Of a stretch of DNA of 32,000 nt, positions 18,461-26,931 are shown one piece after another. This DNA is from Vibrio vulnificus CMCP6 (GTDB lineage: Bacteria; Pseudomonadota; Gammaproteobacteria; Enterobacterales; Vibrionaceae): positions 1,200,001-1,232,000 of the forward strand of contig NC_004459.3 of assembly GCF_000039765.1 (NCBI RefSeq). The letters are read 5' to 3'. The notes below the pieces were generated by a model, which saw only the letters and a list, made by a program, of their open reading frames with translations, did not search any database and had not been told where the DNA came from. Within the stretch, counting starts at the first letter, position 1, and each line of letters opens with the position of its first letter. A program made the position numbers and the translations under genes.

Positions 18461-20287
18461 TTAATCTTTGATTTGATAGTGATAACCCAGCCACTGTTTG
18501 AACTTTTTCACCACGTGCAAACTGTGGCGCAGTAAATCTCGCTCGGTGCGATCCAGCAGTTTTAAGTTGAGTTTGTTATTACTGTGCTGCTCTGTCAGTT
18601 GCTGTGCTAGGCGCAATTTAAAAAACAACTTGAGTGCTTCGCTTAGGTTTGCGGCCGTGCTTTTTTCCAACACGTTGCGTGCCACTAACCCCTCAATGCG
18701 GTCGAAGGTGTTGTTGTCGTGTAAGGCGTATTCCAAGCTCAAAGCGCGAATGCCGTGCACGATAGGAAAGATGCCGCCTTGTTTGATGTCGAGGCCGCTT
18801 TTGTCGGCCTTGACGTTGCCAAAAAGGGTGAGGGGAACTGAAAAGTTCAATGCAGGCCGAGTGAACTCGGTCAAAATCAGTTCTTGATCCGCCATCAACT
18901 CGGAGAGGTGCTGTTTCACGGGCTCAAGCAATGCCTTATTGCCCGCAACGGCATGTGCATCGGCAAAAATCGCTAAATCCATCACCGTTTCTGGTTTGGC
19001 ACTGCGTACCCATGCGGTGAGGGTTTTGCGCCAATCACTCTGACTTTTGACCCACTTAGGGTTATTGACCATCACATTGCCAGGGCAAAGCGGATAGCCA
19101 AGTTGCTGCAAGGTGTGTGTCAGTTGTTGCATCACCACGCCGCTTTGTTGCCATTCCAAACCATCTTTGATGATCAGCGCGTTGTCTTGGTCGGTTTTGA
19201 GGATTTGTTCCCCACGCCCTTCTGAGCCTAAAACGATCAAACAACAGTGATCGTGAAGGGCGGGTGGAACAACCAACTCAAAGGCTTTCTCGATGATCTG
19301 TTCATTGACGGCAGAAATCAGCTCCATGATGAAGCGAGTGCGAATGCCGTTTTTCAGCAAACTTTCCACTAACTGACGCTGGCGATTGGACGCTAAGGCC
19401 AGCTCTTCAACACTGGAGGCGCGCGCGATGCTCAAAGTGAGCACGTGGGAATGGGTGGAGAAGGCGCTGAGAATTTGCGTCATGTCCAACATGCCCACAG
19501 CTTGATGGCCATCGCACACCATGAGGCGCTTCATACGATTGCGCGTCATGGTGATCATCGCATTAAAGAGAAAATCACCATCATCGACGTGGAAGACGGG
19601 GAAGGTGGCAATATCACCCACCGGAGTGTCGAGCGGCTTATCATCGAGCATCACCGAGTGGAGCATATTGGTGCGGGTGACAATCGCATAAGGGTGTGCA
19701 TTGGGATGATTGAGTAGCCGCCCATCGTCATCATGGAGGCGTACCAAGGCGGCATCGATACCGTTCTCTTTAAGTGTGCGCGTGACCTGATTGATCGGCA
19801 TCTCAGGCGACAAAATCTTCGGTGGATGATAGATGGCTTTATCAACTTTGGTGAGAATGAACTCAGCAAGATTTTGTTGCTGCTGTGCCGCCTCTATCAG
19901 CTCTTGGCGCTTGGCGAGGTTGTTATCAAAATAAGCGGCGAATTGGCCATTTTCATTGTATAGCTCGAGAAAAATGGCCTTGGGCAGCAAATAGCTTAAG
20001 GTATCTTCGAGCGCGACATACTGATGACGTACGGTTGGTTCAAATAAGGCGCGCACATCAAACATATCGTCATTGGCATAGTGAGCAAACACTTCTTGCT
20101 GGTTGGCAGAACGCTCTTCAACCGCGCCTTTGATTAAGATATGCAGATGCGGTGACGGTTGCCCAGCGGCGAGCACCACATCTTTAGTGCGAAAATAGGC
20201 CACATCAAGTGAAGAACGTAAAAGGTGTTGTTGCCCCTCGCTCAAGCGATCAAACGGGGGAGATTGCATATTAAATTTATCAGGCAT
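18461..20287 (-). CDS. cNMP-binding-like / CBS-pair / DUF294 nucleotidyltransferase / DUF294_C multidomain protein
   Basis: About 608 aa. It has an N-terminal cyclic-nucleotide-binding-like fold, a central CBS pair, a pol-beta-type NTase signature (LGSEGRGEQILKTDQDNALII), and a C-terminal helical substrate-binding-type domain. The start is uncertain: ATG at 20287 (chosen), TTG at 20308 (ORF track) or ATG at 20269. None has a strong SD. Confidence 0.75.
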   Translation of the reverse strand: MPDKFNMQSPPFDRLSEGQQHLLRSSLDVAYFRTKDVVLAAGQPSPHLHILIKGAVEERSANQQEVFAHYANDDMFDVRALFEPTVRHQYVALEDTLSYLLPKAIFLELYNENGQFAAYFDNNLAKRQELIEAAQQQQNLAEFILTKVDKAIYHPPKILSPEMPINQVTRTLKENGIDAALVRLHDDDGRLLNHPNAHPYAIVTRTNMLHSVMLDDKPLDTPVGDIATFPVFHVDDGDFLFNAMITMTRNRMKRLMVCDGHQAVGMLDMTQILSAFSTHSHVLTLSIARASSVEELALASNRQRQLVESLLKNGIRTRFIMELISAVNEQIIEKAFELVVPPALHDHCCLIVLGSEGRGEQILKTDQDNALIIKDGLEWQQSGVVMQQLTHTLQQLGYPLCPGNVMVNNPKWVKSQSDWRKTLTAWVRSAKPETVMDLAIFADAHAVAGNKALLEPVKQHLSELMADQELILTEFTRPALNFSVPLTLFGNVKADKSGLDIKQGGIFPIVHGIRALSLEYALHDNNTFDRIEGLVARNVLEKSTAANLSEALKLFFKLRLAQQLTEQHSNNKLNLKLLDRTERDLLRHSLHVVKKFKQWLGYHYQIKD

Positions 20288-20500
20288 GGCAGCGTCCAAA
20301 ACCAGCAAGGCATATGCTCTAAGTCTGACAAAATTCTCCTGACTCTCCAGACGACTTTGGTCTAATTCACTCCAATTAGGCCGATTAGAGGAAACAATCT
20401 GTCGCGGAGAATTCCCTTTTTCTCATCTGCAAGGCAAGTCATAATGGCGCCGATTTTTCTCTCGTCAGTTTTTAGGTCAACAGACCCTAGGATCACCATC

Positions 20501-21691
20501 ATGTTCAAACCGTCTCCTTATGGATGGATATCGCAGTATTTTCTCGGTTTCTTTTTTGCCTATGGCGTCTATCTGCCATTTTGGTCGCTGTGGTTTAAAG
20601 AACAGGGCGTCTCCTCCACTGACATCGGTTTGCTGGTCGGTATCGGCTTAGCGACACGCTGTGTGGCGAACATGGTGATCACGCCACGTATCCATAAGGC
20701 TGAGCACATTATGCCGGCGTTACGTTGGCTCAGTTTTGCGGCGTTGATTTTTGTCGGCTTCCACTTCTTTACCGGTGGCAGCTTTTGGCTGATGGCGTTA
20801 GCGACGGTACTGTTTAACTTGTGCTGTGGCCCCGTCGTGCCGCTATCCGATGCGCTTGCCAACTACTACGCAAGATTGAAGATGCTCGATTATGGTCGCA
20901 CCCGTTTGTGGGGCTCGATCGCCTTTATCGCGGGCTCGACCGTGGTGGGGTATCTGATTGCTCTCTATGGCACCGACATGATTCTATACACCGCCTTGGT
21001 GGGGGTGTTTATTTCCTTACTGCTGAGTATGCGCAGTGCCAATGTGATGCCGGTGACGCGCAGCGAACATCACAGTGAAAGACCGAAACTGACGCAACTG
21101 CTGACCGACGGCCCTGTGGTGAAATTTTTGCTACTAGCGGCTCTGATTCAGGGCAGTCACGCCGCCTATTACAGCTTTAGTGCGATTTACTGGCAGCAAG
21201 CGGGCCATTCGGAAGAGATCATCGGCTATTTGTGGAGCCTTGGTGTGGTATCGGAAGTGGCGGTGTTTGCGTTGAGCAAGCGCTTGTTTGCGGGCTGGTC
21301 GCTGCGTGCGTTGTTTGTCGCGGCATCGATTGGCGTCATGTTGCGCTGGGGGATCACCGCCTCGACCACGTTGTTGTTGGGTTTGGTGTTGGTGCAGTTG
21401 CTGCACGGCGTGACGTTTGCGATGGCGCACATCGCAGCCATTCAATACATTCAAAATTCAGAAGAGCACAAAATGGTGGCGCTACAAGCACTGTACAATG
21501 CGCTGCCACTGGGGGCCTTTATTGCGGCGATGACGGCCTTTAGTGGTTGGGGCTTCGAGCATTGGGGCGCGAACGTATTCTGGGTGATGGCGGCCATGGG
21601 GCTGGTGGCACTGTTCATCAAAGTCGCGCCTGTCACCAGCCAGGTTCAGGACGTTAGCGTGGTGAAAGCGGAGCCCAATGCACAGAATTAA
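20501..21691 (+). CDS. MFS transporter, HcaT (3-phenylpropionate permease)-like / MFS_1_like family
   Basis: The 396-aa product from the ATG at 20501 (MFKPSPYGWISQYFLGFFFAYGVYLPFWSLWF) has 12 predicted TM helices. The 19-codon ORF-track extension is non-hydrophobic and has no support. Confidence 0.7.
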   Translation: MFKPSPYGWISQYFLGFFFAYGVYLPFWSLWFKEQGVSSTDIGLLVGIGLATRCVANMVITPRIHKAEHIMPALRWLSFAALIFVGFHFFTGGSFWLMALATVLFNLCCGPVVPLSDALANYYARLKMLDYGRTRLWGSIAFIAGSTVVGYLIALYGTDMILYTALVGVFISLLLSMRSANVMPVTRSEHHSERPKLTQLLTDGPVVKFLLLAALIQGSHAAYYSFSAIYWQQAGHSEEIIGYLWSLGVVSEVAVFALSKRLFAGWSLRALFVAASIGVMLRWGITASTTLLLGLVLVQLLHGVTFAMAHIAAIQYIQNSEEHKMVALQALYNALPLGAFIAAMTAFSGWGFEHWGANVFWVMAAMGLVALFIKVAPVTSQVQDVSVVKAEPNAQN

Positions 21692-21730
21692 TCCTAAGAG
21701 ATTGAGATTAAAAACTATCCTTAGTTAAAT

Positions 21731-21760
21731 GAAACCTCTCCCGTATGGAGAGGTTTTTTA
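21731..21760 (+). terminator. rho-independent terminator of the MFS gene
   Basis: AAACCTCTCC-cgtat-GGAGAGGTTT followed by TTTATT. It overlaps the ORF-track start of the next gene (21745), which argues against that start. Confidence 0.85.
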
Positions 21761-21783
21761 TTGAGCAAGAGAAAGGATGTCAC

Positions 21784-24700
21784 ATGCAAGGATGGTTGGT
21801 GATACCCGTATCGTTAGCGTATTTAGGAGTGTTGTTCCTCATCGCTTGGTATGGAGATAGGCAAAAAAATTGGTTGGCACGTTGGCGGCCTTGGATCTAT
21901 AGCCTATCGATTGCGGTTTACTGTACCTCTTGGACGTTTTACGGCACGGTGGGGCAGGCGAGCAATAATCCTTGGTCTTTCTTGCCGATCTACATTGCAC
22001 CGATTCTGGTCTTTACTCTTGGTTGGCGCGTCTTGGCGCGGCTCATTCTCGTTGCCAAGCGCGAGCACATTACCTCGATTGCGGACTTCATTGCTGCGCG
22101 CTATGGCAAATCGCAAGGGCTTGCGGTGGTGGTGACTTTAATCGCTGTGGTGGGAATTTTGCCCTATATCGCCCTGCAATTGCGTGGCATTACGATGGGG
22201 CTTGAGATCATCGCGCCAGATCTCTCAAGCCGTTTTGGCTATCAAGACTCAGGCGTTTCTTGGTTTGTGGTGGGGGCACTGGCGATATTCACCATGCTGT
22301 TTGGCACCCGTCATATCGACAACACCGAGCATCACCGCGGCATGATGATGGCGATAGCTTTTGAATCGATCGTTAAGCTGGTGGCGTTTCTCGTGGTGGG
22401 AATGTTTATCGTCTGGCTGGCGATGCAGCATCAAGAGGTCGATCTCAGCCGTGTTGCCGCCGCCACGTACCAATCGCCCAATATCGCGACCTTGCTGATC
22501 CACACCTTGCTGACCATGCTGGCGATTGTCTGTTTGCCGCGTCAGTTTCACACCATGGTGGTGGAAAATGAACGCGCGCAAGATCTGCATACCGCGCGCT
22601 GGCTCTTCCCGCTGTATTTGATTTTGATGGGCATTTTTGTGCTGCCGATTGCGTGGGCGGGGCAAAGTTTGCTCTCTGGCAGCCCTGCCGATACTTATGT
22701 GATCAGCTTGCCGATGGCGTTTGGCGCCAATGACATTGCTTTATTGGCCTTCCTTGGTGGCACGTCCGCTGCCAGTGGCATGGTGATTGTGTCCACCATC
22801 GCGCTCGCCATTATGGTCTCCAACGATTTGGTGATGCCATTGCTACTGCGCCGCATGCGGCTGTCTAACCGTAATCACCACCATTTTTCAGGTTTACTGC
22901 TGCGTATTCGTCGAGCGTTAATTCTGGTGTTGTTAATTGGCGCATGGGGTTTCTATCAAGCGCTGGACGCAATTCATTCGCTCTCAGCAATTGGCTTTCT
23001 CTCATTCGCTGCGATCACCCAGTTTGCTCCAGCTTTGATTGGCGGCATGTACTGGCGCCAAGGTAACCGCAAAGGGGTGTATGTTGGGCTGGCGGCGGGT
23101 TTTACTTTATGGCTGATTACATTGATGAGCCAAACCGACATGTTGGCCGGCGATGCGCAGAGCAACTTGCTGATTTGGCTGATTACACCACCAGAGGTAT
23201 TAGGGGAGATGGGCGTGAAGGCCTCTGACTGGGGGATGTTCCTCAGTGTCACCGTCAATGCGCTCTGCTTCCTTGTCGTCTCGATGCTAACGCGTCCAAG
23301 CCTAAGTGAGCGCTTACAATCGGCGTCGTTTGTTGGTACGCCATTGCCCGAAAATGAAAACATCAGCCTCTATCAAAGCCGCGTCACCGTGGGTGAGTTG
23401 GAGATGCTGGCCTCACGCTTTGTTGGGCGCAATCGGGTGAAAAATGCCTTTGCTCACTATTGGTCGCAGCAAAGAGAAACCTTATTGCCGAACCAACAAG
23501 CTCCCTCGACCTTGATTCGTCATACTGAGCGGGTATTGGCGGGGGTGTTTGGTGCTTCGTCGGCGAAGTTAGTCCTTACTTCGGCGCTGCAAGGCAGAAA
23601 CATGCAATTGGAGGAAGTCGCAACCATCGTGGATGAAGCGTCTGAGTTGTATGATTTTAGCCGAGGCTTATTGCAAGGGGCGATTGAGCATATTGGTCAA
23701 GGCATTGCCGTGGTGGACAAACAGCTTCGGCTGGTGGCATGGAACCAACGCTATTTGGAGCTGTTTGAGTTTCCGCCTGGGCTGATACAAGTGGGCCGGC
23801 CGATTGCCGATGTGATTCGCCATAATGCCGAGCAGGGTTTATGTGGCCCGGGAGACCCAGAAGATCATGTGCGTCGCCGAGTCTATCATTTGGAACAAGG
23901 CTCGCGGCATACCTCGTCACGCATTCGCCCCGATGGACGCGTGATTGAAGTGCAAGGTAACCCCATGCCCGGCGGCGGCTTTGTGATGAGCTTTACCGAC
24001 ATCACTGTGTTCCGTGATGCAGAACAAGCATTGAAAGAAGCCAATGAAACGCTCGAAGAACGTGTTCATTTACGTACAAGAGAGCTTGAGCAGTTGAATA
24101 AACAGCTGGTGGTGGCAACGCAGCGTTCGGAGCTGGAATCACGCTCTAAATCGCGTTTTTTGGCTGCCGTGAGTCACGACTTGATGCAACCACTCAACGC
24201 AGCGCGTCTGTTTGCCTCATCACTCTCGGAAGTGGCCAAGGACGATGAAAGCCGCAAGCTGGCGCATCACATTGAAAGTGCCCTCGGGGCTGCGGAAGAT
24301 TTGATTGGTGATTTGTTGGATATCTCGCGACTGGAATCGGGTAAGTTGGATGTACACGTGCACGGTTTTGCCATCAATGATGTGTTATCGAATTTGAATG
24401 CGGAATTTAGCGCACTGGCCAAACAGCAAGGCATCGAGTTCTGCATGATCCCGTCGTCACTCAATGTCACGTCTGATCCAAAATTGCTGCGCCGTGTGGT
24501 GCAGAACTTCCTGACCAATGCGTTTCGATATAGCCCTAATGGCAAGGTAGCGCTTGGGGTGCGCCGAGTCGGTGAGCGGGTGCGTATCGACGTATGGGAT
24601 AACGGGATGGGCATTGAAGAAGATAAGCAGCAAGAGATCTTCGAAGAGTTTAGCCGTGGTACCCAAGTGCGCTCCGATCAAGGATTGGGTTTAGGGCTCG

Positions 24701-25215
24701 CGATTTCCAAAGGCATCGCGCAAGTGTTGGGGCATGAGATTTCGATGCGTTCATGGCATGGCCGCGGCAGTGTGTTTTCTATTACTCTGGATCGTGCTCA
24801 GCAAGTGCAAGCGTTGCCGACGGCAGAGCCTGCCCAAGCGCACTCTGAGTTAAGTCACTTACGTATTTTGTGTGTCGATAATGAGCCCGATATTTTGGTT
24901 GGCATGGAGAATCTGCTGGCGCGTTGGGGGTGTGAAGTGAAAACCGCTACTGACATTGTGCAAAGTTTGAAAGCACTGGACGGTGGTTGGCATCCGGATG
25001 TGATTTTCTCCGACTATCGTCTTGATGAAGGTCGCACAGGTTTAGAAGTGCTCCAGCAATGTAAGCTTAGATTAGGCAGCCGTTTTGAAGGGGTGATCAT
25101 CAGCGCCGATCGCACCGATGACATGATGCAAGGCATCAAAGCCAATGGTTTTAGCTTTATTGCCAAACCCGTTAAACCGCTCAAGCTGAGAGCGGTGTTG
25201 AACCGAGTGGCGTGA
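21784..25215 (+). CDS. crbS: hybrid sensor histidine kinase with an N-terminal sodium:solute-symporter (SSS/SLC5)-like transporter domain, then PAS, HisKA, HATPase and a C-terminal receiver (CrbS/CbrA-type)
   Basis: The 1143-aa product from the ATG at 21784 has AAAGGA 6 nt upstream. About 13 TM helices carry SSS motifs, followed by a PAS region (GIAVVDKQLRLVAWNQRYLELF). Next come the H-box FLAAVSHDLMQPLNA, the N/G boxes (DNGMGI, GLGLGLAI), and REC (ILCVDNEPDIL...SDYRLDEG). The architecture and the nearby acs match the V. cholerae acetate-switch kinase CrbS. Confidence 0.85.
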   Translation: MQGWLVIPVSLAYLGVLFLIAWYGDRQKNWLARWRPWIYSLSIAVYCTSWTFYGTVGQASNNPWSFLPIYIAPILVFTLGWRVLARLILVAKREHITSIADFIAARYGKSQGLAVVVTLIAVVGILPYIALQLRGITMGLEIIAPDLSSRFGYQDSGVSWFVVGALAIFTMLFGTRHIDNTEHHRGMMMAIAFESIVKLVAFLVVGMFIVWLAMQHQEVDLSRVAAATYQSPNIATLLIHTLLTMLAIVCLPRQFHTMVVENERAQDLHTARWLFPLYLILMGIFVLPIAWAGQSLLSGSPADTYVISLPMAFGANDIALLAFLGGTSAASGMVIVSTIALAIMVSNDLVMPLLLRRMRLSNRNHHHFSGLLLRIRRALILVLLIGAWGFYQALDAIHSLSAIGFLSFAAITQFAPALIGGMYWRQGNRKGVYVGLAAGFTLWLITLMSQTDMLAGDAQSNLLIWLITPPEVLGEMGVKASDWGMFLSVTVNALCFLVVSMLTRPSLSERLQSASFVGTPLPENENISLYQSRVTVGELEMLASRFVGRNRVKNAFAHYWSQQRETLLPNQQAPSTLIRHTERVLAGVFGASSAKLVLTSALQGRNMQLEEVATIVDEASELYDFSRGLLQGAIEHIGQGIAVVDKQLRLVAWNQRYLELFEFPPGLIQVGRPIADVIRHNAEQGLCGPGDPEDHVRRRVYHLEQGSRHTSSRIRPDGRVIEVQGNPMPGGGFVMSFTDITVFRDAEQALKEANETLEERVHLRTRELEQLNKQLVVATQRSELESRSKSRFLAAVSHDLMQPLNAARLFASSLSEVAKDDESRKLAHHIESALGAAEDLIGDLLDISRLESGKLDVHVHGFAINDVLSNLNAEFSALAKQQGIEFCMIPSSLNVTSDPKLLRRVVQNFLTNAFRYSPNGKVALGVRRVGERVRIDVWDNGMGIEEDKQQEIFEEFSRGTQVRSDQGLGLGLAISKGIAQVLGHEISMRSWHGRGSVFSITLDRAQQVQALPTAEPAQAHSELSHLRILCVDNEPDILVGMENLLARWGCEVKTATDIVQSLKALDGGWHPDVIFSDYRLDEGRTGLEVLQQCKLRLGSRFEGVIISADRTDDMMQGIKANGFSFIAKPVKPLKLRAVLNRVA

Positions 25216-25230
25216 GGTGCCTTCTCCAAA

Positions 25231-25267
25231 AAGAGCTGCCATGGTTGGTATTAAAATGGCAGCTCTT
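25231..25267. terminator. hairpin terminator shared by crbS (+) and the AT-rich islet genes (-)
   Basis: AAGAGCTGCCAT-(13 nt)-ATGGCAGCTCTT is a 12-bp perfect stem. The T-run is better on the minus strand (CTCTTTTTGG) than on the plus strand (CTCTTTGTG). Confidence 0.65.
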
Positions 25268-25324
25268 TGTGAATGTCTTGGCTAAGAAAAAAGTTGTGTT
25301 GATACGCCAATAATGATCACCTGC

Positions 25325-25786
25325 TTAATTCTCTATATATCCTGACTCTAATGCACCATGAAGGTCGCAGATAGTATGAACTTCATACCCATCATGATCT
25401 TTTTTCTTAGCATCAAATATAAAATATTTCTCTTTTGAATTAATGTCGCAAGTGAGATTGGATAAATTTTCTGACATGAAAGTAAATATGCTATATCCAG
25501 GTAAATATGAACGCCATAAGTATTTGTATTCAAGGTCACGTTTTATGCTTAATGATGTGCTGACCATTTTGGGGTCAAAAATGCTTGGTGTCTTTATTGT
25601 TGAAATACTGACAGCTTCAAAAAAGAACTCACCATTTTGATTAGTATATGCCTTTAATTCTTTTGTGTCATTCAGAGCACTGATTTCAAGGGTGACTTCA
25701 ATATTTGCCGCAAGGATACCATGATTAAAAATTCTCCCGTGAATTTTTGGTGTTAAGTCATATGTTTTTTGTTTAAATATGTCCAT
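25325..25786 (-). CDS. islet paralogue C: small protein of unknown function (no signal peptide)
   Basis: This 153-aa ORF stays open in ~30% GC DNA. It aligns with paralogues A and B at DIFKQKTYDLTPKIHGR, NGEFFFE, YLWRSYL and NLSNLTCDI. Its only two Cys are at the homologous positions. Confidence 0.7.
   Translation of the reverse strand: MDIFKQKTYDLTPKIHGRIFNHGILAANIEVTLEISALNDTKELKAYTNQNGEFFFEAVSISTIKTPSIFDPKMVSTSLSIKRDLEYKYLWRSYLPGYSIFTFMSENLSNLTCDINSKEKYFIFDAKKKDHDGYEVHTICDLHGALESGYIEN
25727..25748. repeat. inverted repeat inside paralogue C at the position homologous to the A/B palindrome
   Basis: AAAAATTC-tcccgt-GAATTTTT has 8-bp perfect arms. It encodes K-I-H-G-R-I-F, which aligns within two codons of the SPEISGH site. 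Confidence 0.6.
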
Positions 25787-25846
25787 GACGTAGACCTGGT
25801 AGGAGACGGTTAAGAAAAAAGTATTATTAAATGATGTATTGCCTTT

Positions 25847-26326
25847 TTAATCCTTTTGCCTTTTTTCTCTACGCTTATATCCATTAATTTTACATCTACT
25901 TAGTACCATCAAATCGACACCATGTGGAACAACAGGGTTTTTAAAATAGTATTGATATTGATTAGAGTTTATCTCGCATTTTGTGTTTTTAAGATTGTCA
26001 ACAATAAGATCAAGTGGCTCATCGTAATCTAGTATTGAATGCCATAGATATATTCTCTCTTCTTCATTTACTAGGTAAATACCAAAGTAAGAGTAAGCCT
26101 GATTTAACGAGAATTTCTTCAACCATTGAGAATGAATCATGGGTTCAAAATGAAAATATCCATTCAGATCAGTTTTGGTTTTATCTTCATATCGATGTTT
26201 TAAAAAACTACCCTCAAGATAAATCTCTTTATTTGCTAAGATTTTTCCATCCTGAGTAAGATGTCCAGAGATCTCTGGACTTAAGATGTAATCATTCTTT
26301 TTTAAGAAACCCAAAATATTTATCAT
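25847..26326 (-). CDS. islet paralogue B: small protein of unknown function (signal peptide truncated)
   Basis: 159 aa from the ATG at 26326, or 164 aa from the ORF-track TTG at 26341. By my hand alignment, 101 of 143 residues are identical to paralogue A. A TAA at 26356-26354 closes the frame upstream. Confidence 0.7.
   Translation of the reverse strand: MINILGFLKKNDYILSPEISGHLTQDGKILANKEIYLEGSFLKHRYEDKTKTDLNGYFHFEPMIHSQWLKKFSLNQAYSYFGIYLVNEEERIYLWHSILDYDEPLDLIVDNLKNTKCEINSNQYQYYFKNPVVPHGVDLMVLSRCKINGYKRREKRQKD
26263..26280. repeat. 18-bp perfect palindrome inside paralogue B (identical copy at 26802-26819 in paralogue A)
   Basis: GTCCAGAGATCTCTGGAC equals its own reverse complement. It encodes S-P-E-I-S-G-H. 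Confidence 0.9.
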
Positions 26327-26385
26327 GTTATTTATACTCAATATTGGTGAGATTTAAATTATGATCGCTTTATATGAGACGTTTT

Positions 26386-26931
26386 TTAAATACTCTCGTA
26401 TTTTTCTCTACGCTTATATCCCTTAATTTCACATCTGCTTAGTAGCATCAAATCAACGCCATTAGGTACTACAGGGTTTTTAAAATAGTAGAGATAATCA
26501 GGTGTTCTGATGTTGCAATTAAGGTTATTTAAGTTGTTTTTAATGAAATTAAATGGTTGTTCGTATCCCAATATGGATTCCCATAGATATGTCTTTTCAT
26601 TTTCAATTAAAATGTAAATACCAATATAAGAATAAGCTTGATTTAACGGGGATTTCTTCAACCATTGAGAATGAATCATGGGATCAAAATGAAAATACCC
26701 ATTCAGATTAGTTTTGGTTTTATCGTTATATCGATGTTTTAAGAACCCGCCTTCAAGATAAACGTCTCTATTCGCAAATGCTTGTCCGTCTTGAGTCAGG
26801 TGTCCAGAGATCTCTGGACTTAAGACATACTCATTTTTTTTAAATAAATCAAAAATGCTCAACATATTACCTTTGCTTACTATTGGGAAAGAAACTAAGA
26901 GCAGGGTTAATATTATCTTAGTGATTTTCAT
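26386..26931 (-). CDS. islet paralogue A: exported small protein of unknown function (Sec signal peptide)
   Basis: 181 aa. The N-terminus MKITKIILTLLLVSFPIVSKG is a classic signal peptide. The following pattern ISGHLTQDG....A..DVYLEG.........TKTNLNGYFHF resembles carboxypeptidase-regulatory-like / transthyretin-like beta-sandwich domains. The protein has only two Cys, with 27 residues between them. Confidence 0.75.
   Translation of the reverse strand: MKITKIILTLLLVSFPIVSKGNMLSIFDLFKKNEYVLSPEISGHLTQDGQAFANRDVYLEGGFLKHRYNDKTKTNLNGYFHFDPMIHSQWLKKSPLNQAYSYIGIYILIENEKTYLWESILGYEQPFNFIKNNLNNLNCNIRTPDYLYYFKNPVVPNGVDLMLLSRCEIKGYKRREKYESI
26802..26819. repeat. 18-bp perfect palindrome inside paralogue A (identical to 26263-26280)
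   Basis: GTCCAGAGATCTCTGGAC lies 539 bp from the other copy. Confidence 0.9.

Larger units (their letters stand above)
25847..26931 (-). repeat. tandem gene duplication (period ~540 bp) comprising paralogues B and A
   Basis: The two copies align at nucleotide level and share long identical runs. One is ATTTCTTCAACCATTGAGAATGAATCATGGG (31 nt) and another is GTCCAGAGATCTCTGGACTTAAGA (24 nt). Confidence 0.85.

Noticed and set aside
20362-20388. CTAATT-cactcc-AATTAG inverted repeat plus an extra ATTAG in the divergent NTase/MFS promoter region.
   Set aside because: The arms are only 6 bp and AT-rich, which is well within chance expectation. It is noted only as a place to look if an operator is sought.
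21745-21783. ORF-track N-terminal extension of crbS (MERFFIEQEKGCH...).
   Set aside because: The extension begins inside the terminator stem-loop of the upstream MFS gene (21732-21756). The ATG at 21784 has a proper AAAGGA RBS. Similar over-extensions were trimmed for purD (6337->6292), aroQ (15434->15335), hupA (3874->3907), yjaH (4220->4232), the DUF4212 gene (29196->29115), the MFS gene (20444->20501), yjaG (1904->1910) and the MCP gene (10320->10311).
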